Counted from the first letter of the stretch, positions 22,844 to 36,191 are shown. The stretch: 37,639 bases of DNA from Nemertoderma westbladi (GCA_032718475.1 JAUCBJ010005280.1:1-37639); one strand, 5' to 3'. The notes: generated from the letters alone by a model not told the origin. Program-made: numbers and translations.

Positions 22844-24313
22844 TTTAATAGTAGGAATATGTTCGTCAACATCCATTTCCATCAAGTCATAATAATAATA
22901 GGCAGATGGAAGTGATAGTGAAAATCATTCTCAAAGTGAAAGAAACATTACTGTTAGGTAGGTGGATATTTATGGTGCCAGAGAGGGTGGGGTGGGGTGG
23001 GGTGGGGTTGACTTTCAACGTAATCAAAATTGTTCCCTCTCCAGGGGAAAATCGACGCAAATAACGCCCGATTACTCTCAAAAATTAAACTTCAATCTGT
23101 TCTATTGAGATTCGTTTATTGTTTTATTTCGAATAACGTACCACTGTAACCTGCTCCTTTCCCTAAATTGATAATTTAACATTGAGACAAAATAATTCAA
23201 CGAAATGGGATTCTGCCCCCCCCCCCCCCCCCCCCCCGCCCAACCCCGTCTCGACGGTGCATAGTGTGATGTATCTGACTGTTCCAAAACTAATATCTCA
23301 GCAGCATTTAGAATGAGTTAACTATTAACTGTAGGTCTCCTCAATTAACGCCTGAGATACTTTAAAATTCATATTTGTATTAAACAATATTCCCCAAGTC
23401 AAGATAGGATGTTATGTATTGGATGACTAACAGTCGAAGGTTATAGCTATGCGACGTGTGTCACATTTAATGTCTCAAAACTCTGGTAAGTTAAACTAAG
23501 GAAAACTGCATTATAGTTACTCTGTAAATTAAATTCTTATTAAATTGTCTCATTTGGTCTGTTGCTATGGTAACGTGGACTGTATATGTCACCGGAATGT
23601 GTACAATATGACGGGAAGCATCACCATGCTACTGAGCTGTAGTGATATTTTTAAATAATTACAAATATGGGAGCATATAGTTGAGTAAAGGTACACGAAT
23701 TCTCCACTTAAACTTAATATTTTGATACTTGTGTAAATTACTCTGGTCCAAATAATGGGCCTGTGTCTGCGACATTGACGCTATTTTATTACTGTATATA
23801 TTGCCCTTGATGTGTTCCCAAGATGTTATTTAAGTTGTGATATGGGTTTTTTAATTTTTAAAACTGTTTGTTGATATTCTCAGGAAAAGGAAATATGAGA
23901 CAAATAAATTCATAATTTAAATTTCATAAATCTGTTGCTAAGGCGGTTACTAGGGCCGGATTTGCGGACTAGAAGGGAATTTCGGAAATTTTCTTCTTAA
24001 CCAAAGTGTTTACAACAGTTTCAGGTCAACATTGATGCATTTTGATTAACTTTCAATTTATACACTGGTTATGAGACGAGATTCACTAGCATTCACCATG
24101 AACTTTTATCCTAAAATCGAAAAAACCCATTTTTGAGCAAAAAACTTTGAAGCCCAAAAAAAGGTATTAAATCAAAAATGCAGAGGTGGCATCCGGCCTA
24201 GCCGGATTCGCCATGTCTTGAAGTACAAAAATCAGGTGGATGCCAACCTTTAACAAAAAATGCCATCTAAACTTAATTTTAGGGAGTTGGCAGGTAGACT
24301 ATTAATGGATGTA

Positions 24314-24838
24314 TCACAATGGGGCGGCAGAGCTACCAAACATACACATCTTGAAATCGTCTATATTTAATGTTAACATTTCGTCAGCATCACAACTAGT
24401 AACGCTTTTAAAAACGATGAATTTTCCAAGCGATCGACAAAATTTCCAAATAAAGTACATAATGTCATTTTCCTTGTCACGAGTGTTTGACCCTTCAGGA
24501 GACCTATTCATAACAATGACTTTGTCAACCATATCTGCTAACCGTAATTTAGGCGTTATGTACAGAAATTTGAACAATATGTCTCTCCTGGCTCTAGGGA
24601 GATACCGAATGAGCTTCGATTGAAGTATATCAACTGCCGCCTTCCGTGAATCCACGAGTTGGGCATTAATACAATTACCCATGAATGTATTAATTTCAGG
24701 GAACGATGTTTCCACGGGGGGGATGAGACCTAGGTCCAAACTCTGCTCTTCAACTATCTCACTAATTTTTCCAGTTGAGAGAAATGCTGATGTTGAATTG
24801 AGTATTGATATACATGGCCAATGGGCTAGTACCGACAT
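24314..24838 (-). CDS. Orphan 174-aa ORF or pseudogene fragment of unknown origin
   Basis: Long, globular-looking open frame in AT-rich DNA. No family recognised. Confidence 0.3.
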   Translation of the reverse strand: MSVLAHWPCISILNSTSAFLSTGKISEIVEEQSLDLGLIPPVETSFPEINTFMGNCINAQLVDSRKAAVDILQSKLIRYLPRARRDILFKFLYITPKLRLADMVDKVIVMNRSPEGSNTRDKENDIMYFIWKFCRSLGKFIVFKSVTSCDADEMLTLNIDDFKMCMFGSSAAPL

Positions 24839-26360
24839 GGGAACCCGTTCACCATATGCAATAAACTACGCAACTACAGGGTGGATAATTCCCACAAACC
24901 TTCACTATGAAGGTGGATCATGGCGAATAATTTAGCAATAGAAGACATTCTTCCATTATTTTTGTGCACAAATATTAATTATCATTATTATTTAAATTTA
25001 CATTTTGCAGCTACTGACTATTTTTATACCGGTTTAAGTATTTATAAATTTATGCATTGTTTTATTTTTAATGCATATACAGTATTATAAAAATTTTTTG
25101 GAGGCCCCCTTGAGCAGAGGCTCCTAGGCACGTGCCTAGACAAGAGTCCCACAAGAAATGAAAACAAATAAGTTGGTGCCAGTTACCAAGAAGGGCAACC
25201 TAACTCTTTTTAGTTCTTTTCGGGGAATCTCATTGATCTCGATTGCTGCAAAGCTATACAATAGAATTATATTAAATCGCATCAGGGATCCCATTGAGAG
25301 ACTGCTCTGTGGAATGCGTCAGAATGGGTTCCGTAAAGGTCGTGGGACCATGGAGCCCATTTTGGCACTTAGAAGGATAATTTAAGAGTTAACAAAATAG
25401 AAAGACCGGCATCTGGCTGTTATCTTTGTTGACTTCTTCAAGGTCTTTGATTCAGTCTCTCGCTCACGTATGTTCAGCATACTTTCAATATATGGGATTC
25501 CTGATGAAATTATTGCAGCAATCAGATCAGTATACGATGGTTCGACAACATTTCTGTCTACTGTTGACGGTGACACAGAACCATTTGAAGTGTTATGGGG
25601 TGTCCTCCAGGGAGACACACTTGCGCCATTATTTTTCATGATTGTGGTTGACTACGTTCTACGCATGTCCTTAGATCATCATAATGACGATGGGGTGATG
25701 GTAACTCCACCTACTGGCTCCAGAAGTCGAGGAAATCCTGTCAAGTACCTAACTGATCTAGACTTTGCTGATGACTTAGGAGTACTCTCAGAATCGCTAG
25801 AGGGAGCCCAACGGCTCCTCGGCTCATTAGAACAGGCTGCTTCTAGTGTTGGTCTTTTTATTAACTCCAAAAAGACCAACTTTGAAACTTTGTTAACTTT
25901 GAAAGTCCTCAGCAAGTCTCTGACCGGATGAGCATAAGCTCAAAGGATGGTATGCTTGAGCATGTGGACGACTTCTGTTACCTGGGATCATGGATCCGGA
26001 AGTCAGGTGAGGGACCTTCGAATACGTAAGGGAAAGGCATGGGCAGCCTTGAATAGGCTTTCCAGGATTTGGAAGTCACAGAGAATTAATAGGAAACTTA
26101 AGGTCCGGTTATTTAGAGCAGCAGTAGTTCCAGTACTCCTCTATGGGAGTCCATGCTGGGCTCTAACTGCTGAGGACACCAAATCTCTGGATGGCCCATT
26201 CACAAGAATGCTACGCCGGGTTCATTGTGTCATGTACAATGCACACATCTCCAACCAGACACTATATAACATTGGAGGTGTCTCATTGGTTCCCCCAAGC
26301 TTGACACTAGAACAAAGTCGCCTCCGCTTTGCAGGACATTGCTTTCTCCGTGAGGACCAG

Positions 26361-28390
26361 TGTTGCTGCACGAGTGAACTTAGCCTTTTAGATTACTTAT
26401 TCTACCAATTTTAGTCCAAAATTATATTTTTATTGATAAAAGACCAGTTGCGGTGTAATATTAATTATTTCTATCGAATTATTCTCTAGTAAGGGTCTTA
26501 TGCCATCTAGTGAGGCTATTATACCCATATTCGAATTGATTTATTCAGCCTGTTGAAGCCCCAATGAGATACGTGATGCCTTATTGGTCCATATTATTGC
26601 TTTAAGTGAACCTGGTATATAATGCTTGCTAGTCGACCATTTATTCACTTAGTACATCAGCATTCTGCAGAGGAGTTGCTTCCTATGCAGGCCCTTGGAC
26701 ACTGGTCAGATTACTGACGACCAGTGTTTATTACATGCCTTTATGTATGCGCAATAATTCTTATTGTCCGTTTAAATCCTTTTTTTTCCTTTTTTTAAAT
26801 TTTTTATGTCCTCCAAAAATCTAATGTTAGGTTCCATGCTACCGGTTTCTCTACTGCTGTTCTCTTAGGCTATCAGTACCGGTATTAGTATATATAGCAC
26901 TATTTTGCTGTATTGTATGTACAGATGTAGGTATAAAGCAGGTATTTCTGTATTTTAGTACCGGTACCGGCACCGGTACTGCTGTAGGCATACTGTGTAG
27001 CCTACCATTTAAATACGGTACTGGTAGGCCTATTCTCTCAATTGGTAATGTTATCGTTTATTGTTTTGGTTAGAAAATCCCGTCCCTGTAACCTGCTCCT
27101 TTCCCTCAATTTGTTAAATGATCGTTTATTGTTTTGGTTAGAAAATCCCGCCTCTGTAACCTGCTCCTTTCCCTGATTTGGTAAAGTGACTGTTTATTGT
27201 TTTGGTTAGAAAATCCGGCCTTAACCTGCTCCTTTCCATCAATTGGTAATTGTTTTTGGCTATAAAATGAGTGTTTTGCTACGTCATGTGGTAATCGATT
27301 ATCGACAACAACCACAAACTATTAAATTTAGAGTCTTTTACAACAGGCGCATATGGAATTCTATCTCATAGTCTATAAATCATGGAATCATGGAATGTTT
27401 TGGCACAGGCATAGTGAAACCAACTGTCCGACAGACCAGAAATCAACAAAGTTTGAATGTTTTGGCATAGGCATGTTGAAATCAACTGTCTGACAGTCCA
27501 GAAATCAGCAGTCTGACAGTTTGAAGAAATACATACATAAAAAGTCATTAAAAGGACAACAAAAGTCATTAAAAGGACAACAAAAGTCATTATGCACAAT
27601 TCGTAAAAAAAGGAGGACAAAAAAAGTCAAATAAAAGGACATAAAAAATCACTGCCTTATGTATGTGCCTTTATGCTTTGTATCTTTGTCGTTAACATTA
27701 TAATATTACTAATTGATATTCTGTCGTTAAATTCAATTTACTCTCTTTGTTTGTATATCGCCGATATTACGAGATCAAGAAGGTTTTACACGCGCCATAA
27801 CAAGGTGGGTCTCTACAATTAAGTATTAGTGATAATCTGGACAATTGTATTAGATTCGTGTGTTGTCTTACCTCTGATTTGCTAAATAATTAATATATGG
27901 CGATATACCAGACCATTATTATAAGCAAAGCCCTTATTATTAATTGTATCACGATTGAGAGTGGTCATAAATTGATTGCGGTAGAAATATTAATATAATT
28001 ATACATAAAGACAAGTCAAAATACGTTTCCCATAAAGGGAAACACAAACACTGGACTTGGGGTCCTTACAGAATTAATTAGTCAGCATTTACTTGTTATA
28101 CTGTGTTGTCGCACCCTCCCGGTATCGATCTCAGCTAAATACAATAGATAATCAATTACCGTATCGAACTAAATAAGTTATAGAGCAAATCAATACTTGA
28201 GAAGGAAAGGAAGGGGATTTAATCGAAACAGTGAGCGGTCCTCGGTGACAGGTACACTAGCGCAATTCCGTTTATTGTATCAGACCAATATCCAAAGGCC
28301 CTCAGTGCATAGAATCTCTGTGTAGTACTAAAAGAGTCAAAATATATGAAATTGCGATTGAAAGAACATATTTTACTAAAAGCGCTAACA
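26361..28390. mobile_element. Solo LTR-like insertion (2030 bp) with a 5-bp TSD
   Basis: Begins TGTT and ends AACA. ACCAG is duplicated at 26356-26360 and 28391-28395. The copy at ~5465 shows the empty site (gaggaccagccagtgcat). Confidence 0.85.
27038..27258. repeat. ~67-bp tandem repeat, ~3 copies, carrying the gtaacctgctcctttccc motif
   Basis: gtttattgttttggttagaaaatcc...taacctgctcctttcc is repeated three times. Related motifs occur at ~120, ~23142 and, inverted, at ~33433. Confidence 0.75.
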
Positions 28391-28622
28391 ACCAGACAGT
28401 GCATAATCTTGTGCTTTGGCAATCTCATGGAGTGAATAAGCATGGTGGACAGCCCATGTCTTTCTTGAGACTTGATCTTAAAGGACACTGGCCTTGATGA
28501 TCTAGCAAATGTCATGGGTGATAGGGAGTTGTGGCAGCGAAATTTTGTCGACAAGCAGGCACAGCATTTTTAAAAATGCAGCTGCAATGCAGCATGCCGA
28601 TCCTAGTAGTAGTAGTAGTAGT

Positions 28623-29530
28623 ATGCTTCCCCCATCCATTCCAACCTTATCCGATAGCCTCACCCTGCTCGGTGCCCCCATCGGTCCTGCATCATTCTTT
28701 GAGGAGGTAGTCATGGCGCGGATCCATAAGGTCTGTGCAAATGTGTAATCATGCGTCTACCAGACTTGCAGGATTCCCAGATGGAATCTGCCCTCCTCCG
28801 TTCCTGGCTCTCCCCTCCCAAGGTAGTATTTGCCCTGCGGTGCAATCCTCCCCTGGTCATACAGTCCTCCTTTGAGTTCGACCTTACCATGCGCGATGCC
28901 TTGTCTGACCTGGTTGGAGGATTCCTCCCAGACTGGTCTTATGACAAGGCCACTTCACATGCCCCAGCTTCCTACGTGGCATCTGCATGTCAGGCTGAGC
29001 CACTCATATCTCGCATCCTTGGCCATTCCTCAGTCAACCCAAACTTACAACCTGCTCTCACCTCTCTGTCCACCATTGCCAACGAAGCTGAGTGGAGATC
29101 AATCTCTGCTCTACCAACCACTGTAACCCAGAGAAAGCTTTCCCACTTAGTGGACTCTGCCCTGGCACAGCTCCTGACCTCAGATCCCGAGCCCTTGCCA
29201 ATTCCACGGCATTGCACCATGCCGGGGACTGGCTTCAAGGCATCCCCTCTGAGAGTCTGGGCCTACATTTCCTGGACTACTGGCCAGGTGTCCTGTCTAC
29301 TGGCTATTCCCTGTCCCATCTGCTCCTCTGCCTCTGACCCATTTGGAGACCATCATGTTGGCTGTGGCGGTGAAGGAGACAGGATATCACACCATGCTAT
29401 CCGGAATGCTATCTTCCAAGCAGCTCAATCAGCAGCTCTAACGGCCAGGAGTGAAGTCCCCGGCCTGATCCCTGGCTCCCGCAGTCGCCCTACCGACGTG
29501 TACCACCCTAACTGGAAAAGGCACCAGCCA
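28623..29530 (+). mobile_element. CRE-clade non-LTR retrotransposon fragment (end of RT, CCHC, start of restriction-like endonuclease)
   Basis: LLGAPIG, DSQMESALLRS..PKVVFALRCNPP, HAPASYVAS, AGDWLQGIP..LGL, CPIC..DPFGDHHVGC, HHAIRNAI..E..GL..RPTD are typical of CRE/SLACS-like RLE elements. Confidence 0.8.
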
Positions 29531-31290
29531 ATGTTCAGGTCATGATTCAGGTCAGGTCAGGTATTCGAGGTCATTGATCAAGAAAACTTGCCACTTCCAT
29601 GCAGCATAAATGAGGTGGCACCTGTGGCTGTATAGACCCTCTTACTAGGGCAAATCTGGTCCTGTAACTTGGACCCCCTTCGTTCTGGGATAAGGGCACC
29701 CTTGGTCCTGGATTAAGGACCCATATACTTGGCTGCTGGGGTATATGGCCTGGCCAGGCAGATGGTGATCTACCAATGGCTGGTCTGGAGTAGATTGTTC
29801 TCATGTCCACTCTGAGTGCACTTCACTGCGACCTGCATCTGGCAGCAGGGGTACAGGGCATGGCCCAGCAGATGAGCTGCACAGCCATTGGTGGGTAATG
29901 TGCGTCAGAGTAGATATGGGCGATGGGCCTTATATCTGACTCCACTGCGACACCCACCCTATGGAATGGCAAACCAGGGTGTGGTATTTGCCCCGAGAGC
30001 TGACTCGGCAAAAATGCACCCCCCAACCCCCACTATGGATTACATTAGTAATGCGGAGGTCCGGCCACTAAAGGCCAGTATAATTACTGGACACAATTGG
30101 CCTCACAGGCGTCAGTTTTCTCCTGACCGGCTGCCTGTCTCACCCCCTACTGGAGAGAGAGCGGCCAACAATTCTGTGAGTCCCTTTCCTGATGACCTTT
30201 CTGGCCCAAACCCTGGGTCATCAGGGACGCCAGATTGTAAGGGGGAGAGGGATTCTGGAGTTGGAGGCTATTCTCACGTTCCACACCGACCAACAAAGCC
30301 ATTGGTGAATCTGAGGCAAGTCACTAGACTAGCCTCAGTAAACACCCTAACACTCGGGTCCTCAATGTGACAAGGTGAGCTGACTGCCCTGGAAGATAAG
30401 CTTTCTCTTAGCGCAGTGGGTATTCAAGAGCACCGAATGCAGACTGGACAGACTGATAAGGTTCTGATTAAGGACATGGGGGACGGTTGGCGACTCACCC
30501 TCGCATCAGCAGATGATAGTGGCAATGGTGGTATTGGTCTATTGATAAATCCAACTACACATGCAGCATTGGACAAAATAGACCAAATCTCTAACCGCAT
30601 CATCCGTTGCCACTTCTCATGTTCTGGAAGACTGGCTAAGAAGTTTCCTAAAGTGGTTCTGATTGTGTGCTACTCTCCAACTAGTGTTGCCCCTGTAGAG
30701 GAGGTGGAAAATTTCTACCACAATCTACAAGCAGCTACTGATGGAGTGGATCAGCATGCATTCTTAACATTCCTGGGAGGCTTTAATGCAAGTCTGCATC
30801 AATCACCTACATCGGCCTGTGTCTATAGCGATAGTGTAAATCGAAATTCCGTCCATCTTCAGGATTTTATCTCTGGAAATGGATTATTTTCAGCTGGAAC
30901 CCAGTTCAAGAAGCGAACTGGAAAGCTATGGACTCAGAGTGGACCCAGTGGTCACAAGTCCCAGATAAAAATATATTCTGTTTCGTAGGAAATACAGGAG
31001 CTCTATACAAGACTGTAACGCATTTACACTTCGACCCTTCTCCAGTGATCACCGCCTTATTGTGGCCAAGGTAAGACTTAGTCTGCGTTCTAGCAGAACA
31101 ACGGAATCTGCCGTGCCGCGCCGCGGCATGACTGGTCCTCTCTGTTGCAACAGCCAAGTGTGAGATCCAGCTTCACACTACAGCTGAGCAACAGGTATGA
31201 GGTTCTTGCCTCTGAGGCGGCAGATCACTGCGAGGGCTATACTGCCTTCACAGAAGCAGTTAAGTTAGCAGCTGCAGAAACAGTTCCTGT
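29531..31290 (+). mobile_element. RTE LINE 5' part: structured 5' UTR plus APE endonuclease pseudogene
   Basis: LASVNTLTL, GIQEHR, GNGGIGLLI, ISNRII, IVCYSPT..FY..LQ, LGGFNA and an SDH-like agtgatcac motif. Upstream are many short hairpins and a (caggt)n start. Confidence 0.8.
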
Positions 31291-31387
31291 ATACCTTCTC
31301 GCAAGTTACTTTGCTCTTCTTTAATACAGTGTCACATGGACTATGCGTGCTCTTCTTGGTATGAAGGCTTTTAACCAAACAGCTTAA

Positions 31388-32614
31388 GGCCCCGGTAGCG
31401 CTACATCAATATTTTTTTGAAAAACATTTTTTTTATTTCATCTAGAGCAGATTTTTATCAAGATTCCAAATTTGAAAACCGTTTAGCAAGATCTGTCCTA
31501 CTTCTCGAGATATTGCTGTATGTCCGTTTTACTGTCGGTTTGTCCGCAAGTATGTCTGTCCGTCAATAAAAAGCATACTATCTGTCTAAAAAATTCCCTG
31601 TATGGGTTTTCGTGGGCGGTGACTTCATTTCTGATGTCATTAATCAAATTTGGCCTTGTCGGTTCTGTCTGTATGCCTGTCAGTCTGTCTGTCAAAATAT
31701 AACCGACAATCTGACAGCCAAACATACAATTTGGAAGTCGTCAAATGTTAACATTGACAGTCGAAATTAATTCTGCGACCAGGAAAACCGCTATAGCTAA
31801 ACTTTTAGCTCAATGCTGTGCATTTTTCTTATATTTGACAGACAGATAAGTCGGATAGTCAGAAAGACCGAGAGACAGACATACAGACAAACTAGATTTC
31901 ATTAAAATTGAAAAGTGACCTCAGAAATGAAATCAGCGACCAGGAAAACCCCCATAGCAAAATTCTTAGCATGGTTTTATGCTTTCTTGCTGATAGATAT
32001 ATATTGACAGACTTTCTCACATATTAACAGAAGACAGTTTTGTGCGGGAAGGTTCAAATTTGAAAGGCAATTATCTCGGAATGGTATTTTTGGCCTAAAA
32101 AAGCTTTAGACAATTAAATTTTCAATAAATTTTCAAAAATTTTGCTCAGAGGGGTTCTCTGATGTGCTCTCTCTTCAGATATCTCGATCTCGATCTCGAA
32201 TTCTGATTGTTTTATTCCAATATGGAAATAAATGGCCAAAATTGAATAAAATATTGATAATTTTTAATTTATCAAAATTTGTACAAAACAACAGCACCAA
32301 AATGACAATTGTTAATTAATTTTCGAAGTTTTGCTTCGAGATATAGAAAGAGCAAACATTTTTGATGCGATTTGAAAAATTAGAAAGAAAAATACTCAAG
32401 ATTGAATCTGCTGAAGGTTTTTGGATTTTTGTCCAAAAATTTGCCAACATTTGTCAATAATTTTCCAAATTTTTGAAAAATTTGAATTTTTTATTTTTAT
32501 TCATAATTACAATCTTCCATTGACCTTCATACAAAGTTATGGTCGTTTCTAACAATGAGAAGTTGCTCTAACAAGGCAATATAAAAATTATGTCCATGTA
32601 GCGCTACCGGGGCC
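31388..32614. mobile_element. Non-autonomous TTAA-specific DNA transposon (Kolobok-type GG termini), 1227 bp
   Basis: Perfect 19-bp TIR ggccccggtagcgctacat, TTAA on both sides (31384-87 and 32615-18), and long imperfect internal inverted repeats at ~31550-31690 and ~31860-31990. Confidence 0.85.
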
Positions 32615-33779
32615 TTAAATACTGTATAAATTACAAGTAGCTCAGAATAAAGTACATTAGTACGATTTAATAAAGACTACAATCTTAGGCACCATCTGAC
32701 TCCTGGGGCGGTATTCATAAATGTGACTAACTAGGAACTTAGTCCATCAAGTTAGTAAGTGCTTGTACTAATTCGGTATTCAGAGAAGTTGGTGCGACTT
32801 ATTACTAACGTATTTAGTACTAGTTGTAGTACTAGTACTAGTAAACTCGTATTCATAGAATTTTAGTCTTACTTAAGTTAGTAATAGCTGTAACTTAAAT
32901 TTCTAGTCACATGAAGATGTGACTAAGTTGGTAAGAACGCTTACTTATTCTATGTTGGCCTCCATACATACAGTAGGCCTATGGTTATTATGTACTGACG
33001 ACTCCGGCCACATTATACTCTCTCTTGTTTTTCTAGCTTTCTATGTTCATTGCAAATGTGTTGTTGCAGAAAAACTGTCAAATGTAACGACATAAAGCAT
33101 TTTGTTTTTTAAACATATATCCGACTTAAATTTCCAAATTTCAGCTTACATTCTTGAATGGTGAGATTGCTGCCGAATGGTCCGCGTCCGTTGAAAAATG
33201 TGTTTCGCTAAAGAATTCTACCATTCGCGAACTTTCGCAAGATGAAAACTTTTCCACTTCATTATTTTCCTCTCTATATTACCGAATGTAAATAATGGTA
33301 TTCGATAATGGTAGCCAATTGATTTATCGCCTTACTAAAAATAATAATTTTTCACAAAAATTTTAACAGGAAATCACTAAAATATTCAGTTTCCACTAAA
33401 ATCTATTAATTATAAAATTATTGCTAAAATTTGGGAAAGGGCAGGTTACAGTGCCACTAATAATGAAGGGATTTTATTACAACAGGCCGTAACAGATTTA
33501 TTTTTGATGATTCAAAAATATATTTTAGTGATAATTAAATTGAGTGGAGGAAATATATATTTGATAACGAACAAAATTTACTGGAAAACAGGAATTGTTT
33601 TAGTGACCAATAAAATTAATGGGTTTAATGTAGGCTACCAATACTAGTAAAACAGTAAACATAGAGACATGCAGGGCATAGCTACCGTCCTTAAGTTGAA
33701 ACTGAAAGCTTTTTGATAAACATAAGTTAAAGTACCGGCACTGCTACAAATAGGCTAGAACTAAGTTTAGTAACAGTTT

Positions 33780-33976
33780 ATGAATACTGATCACTTAAAT
33801 AAAATATCATTTCCAATGCTAGCATATGCGGATGATTTAATTATTATGGCTAACCTCAAAAACGACACACAGTTCTTGCTAACTACTTGTGAAAGTTATT
33901 TCAAAAAGTACAACCTGAGATTAAATTTGAGAAAAACATGGTTTGTCACAAGCTACACGAAACTTGAGATCCCATC
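33780..33976 (+). mobile_element. Old LINE RT fragment (YADD region)
   Basis: LAYADDLIIMA....QFLLTTCESY...NLRLNLRKT is the standard non-LTR RT domain 5-6 pattern. Confidence 0.8.
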
Positions 33977-34267
33977 TGTAATGATTCCACGTAAAGAGGA
34001 ACACGTTCGTGGGGCCTTCGCGCAGCACGAGGCCCAGTTATGAGATACAAATTAAAATTGAGCGACTGTATCACAAAATCAGTATTTGAGAAATTTAACC
34101 ACACCGCCAATCAATCAAAGAAAGGGGGACAGTACGTGTTCAGCCCTTTTAATCTGCACCCCCCCCCCCCCCCATCCCCTTCCCACCAACCAATACATAA
34201 CCGCGACATCTACGACCCACGGGCTGACGGGACGGAAGGGTAGCACAAACTTTTTTCCAATCGCACA

Positions 34268-34620
34268 TTCAATATGCGAAGCCATGTGGTTTATAGGAAT
34301 ATAATAAACGCAGTACTCGTCTTCATTATATGCCTCGTTGAGATCGTCCTGTTTTGTATTTAAATATATTTCTTAAACGCTGGCTGTCGATCTTTATAAT
34401 AATTATAACAAGGGATGCGTTCAATATGTGAAGCCAGGTGGTTTATATAATAATAATAGTCAACGCAGTACTCGTCTTCATTATAAGTCTCGTTGTGCTC
34501 GTCCTGTTTTGTATTTAAATATCTTTCCTAAACGAAGACTGACGATCTTTATAATGCGTTCAAAAGGCGAAGCCAGGTATGGTTTTGGTTTATAGGAATA
34601 TAGTCTACGCAGCACTCATT
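34268..34620. repeat. ~140-150-bp tandem repeat, ~2.5 degenerate copies
   Basis: gaagcca.gtggtttata...acgcagtactcgtcttcattata...cgtcctgttttgtatttaaatat recurs. Confidence 0.7.
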
Positions 34621-35980
34621 CCTCATGAGCCCGAGTTATAGTGTGGCAATGTAGATGCAGCAGTTGCACCCGATCAGCCGGAAACTCGGAGCAATAGGCC
34701 TACTGTTTGTACAATGCGTGTCAATTTCAACACCGCCGGGCACTGGGTGATGGCAGAGTGAGATTAAAAAACCGGATTATTTCATCCTCGGTTACGGTTA
34801 GTCCAGTTTGCCCGTAGCGGCAGCGATACTGAAAGTCGAGGTCAACAGACAGAGGCGGCCTTGGTGGTGCTGCTGTAGTGGTGGTGGTGAGTTGTTTGAT
34901 TTCAATTCCAACACTTCTCTGGGCAGCTGGGTAGACTCTGGTAGTGGGTACCTGATCTTCGAATGCCGGTCAGCTGGTTAGTCCGCATAACTTCCATTGT
35001 TGCAGTTGCCGAGTCGATGGATGGTTGGTAGGGGTAGGCCTATTGCTATTGTTGTATTGGCAGATTGGTATGTACATCTACATCTGATTATACCAGTTCA
35101 GCCAGTTGCCCGGTCGTACCAATACATAGTCTTTAATTAACATATTTAACCGTTAACAAGACACCAAGAGTAGAAACCGCAAACGAAGAAATTCATTTTC
35201 TTCCGTCGCTGACAGGAGCGTAGAAATGCGGTATAGTGCTGTCGTAGTTCAGTAACGGTACCGTACCGGTAGTTCTGTAGTTGGCAGTTGCTACCAGTCC
35301 GGTTCTACAGTCTGACAGTAGTAGGGCGGTACGGCGCCAACGGACCCTCTAATCTAATTCAGGACCGCAGTCCGCAGTCCAGCACTCCGGAGTCCGCACT
35401 GCAGTGCATAGCATGGCAGCATGGCTAATTAGGGCCTACAGAATTAGGCCTGTCCTGTACCACGTACGTACCAGTATACGTGATTTATAATCACTGCACC
35501 GGTACCGCGGTACCAGTCAGCCAGTACCGTAAAACACCAAATACAGTATGGTATTGCTGTATTGTCTGATTGCAGGATTCCTGATTCAGGGATTGACATT
35601 GAGTATAGTACCGGTACAGGCAGACAGGCCACAATGGTATTACTGCAGTACTGTAATTTCGTAATTTGCTAGAAACCCAGCTGATTTAGTCTCCTAGCAA
35701 CCTGCTGATGTCAAGCGTTATACTTTTGGATAAATAAATTTATTATAACTGTAAGACAGTTACACTGGTGCTGCACGAAGGCCCCAAGCAAATTCAACTT
35801 GGAAAATTTCTAAGCTTTTGACAGACTATTTGTGTACCAAGTTTGGTTACATTTCATCGAGGATTGATCGAGTTATTAACGTTCAAAATTGAACACCTTT
35901 GAACAAATTTGGCAATGTAAAAATAGGTACAAATAGTCCTACAGTAAGTTATTAGTTTATTAATTATTTACTATTTATAC

Positions 35981-36191
35981 TGTAATTACGTTTTATAATA
36001 AATTGTTCTGTACATTACATCTTTATCGTTGAGTCGGGCATTGTCACGCTCTCGGTAAAGTTGTACATGTACATAGTGTAATTACGTTTTATATTAAATT
36101 GTTCTGTACATTACATCTTTATCGTTGAGTCGGGCATTGTCACGCTCTCGGTAAAGTTGTACATGTACATAGTGTAATTACGTTTTATATT
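35981..36191. repeat. 96-bp tandem duplication (2.2 copies)
   Basis: tgtaattacgttttata... starts at 35981, 36077 and 36173. The copies are almost identical. Confidence 0.9.

Larger units (their letters stand above)
25143..28622 (+). mobile_element. 5'-truncated RTE-clade LINE (RT plus 3' end), interrupted by a solo LTR
   Basis: KKGNL..FRGISL..QNGFRKGR..FVDFFKVFDS..GVLQGDTLAP..LDFADDL..LFRAAVVPVLLYGS..RLRFAGHC. It resumes at 28391 and ends in a (TAG)n tail at ~28622. Multiple stops and frameshifts. Confidence 0.9.

Noticed and set aside
22172-22915. 247-aa repeat protein gene
   Set aside because: The frame is a by-product of a stop-free 36-bp minisatellite running into an RTE fragment.
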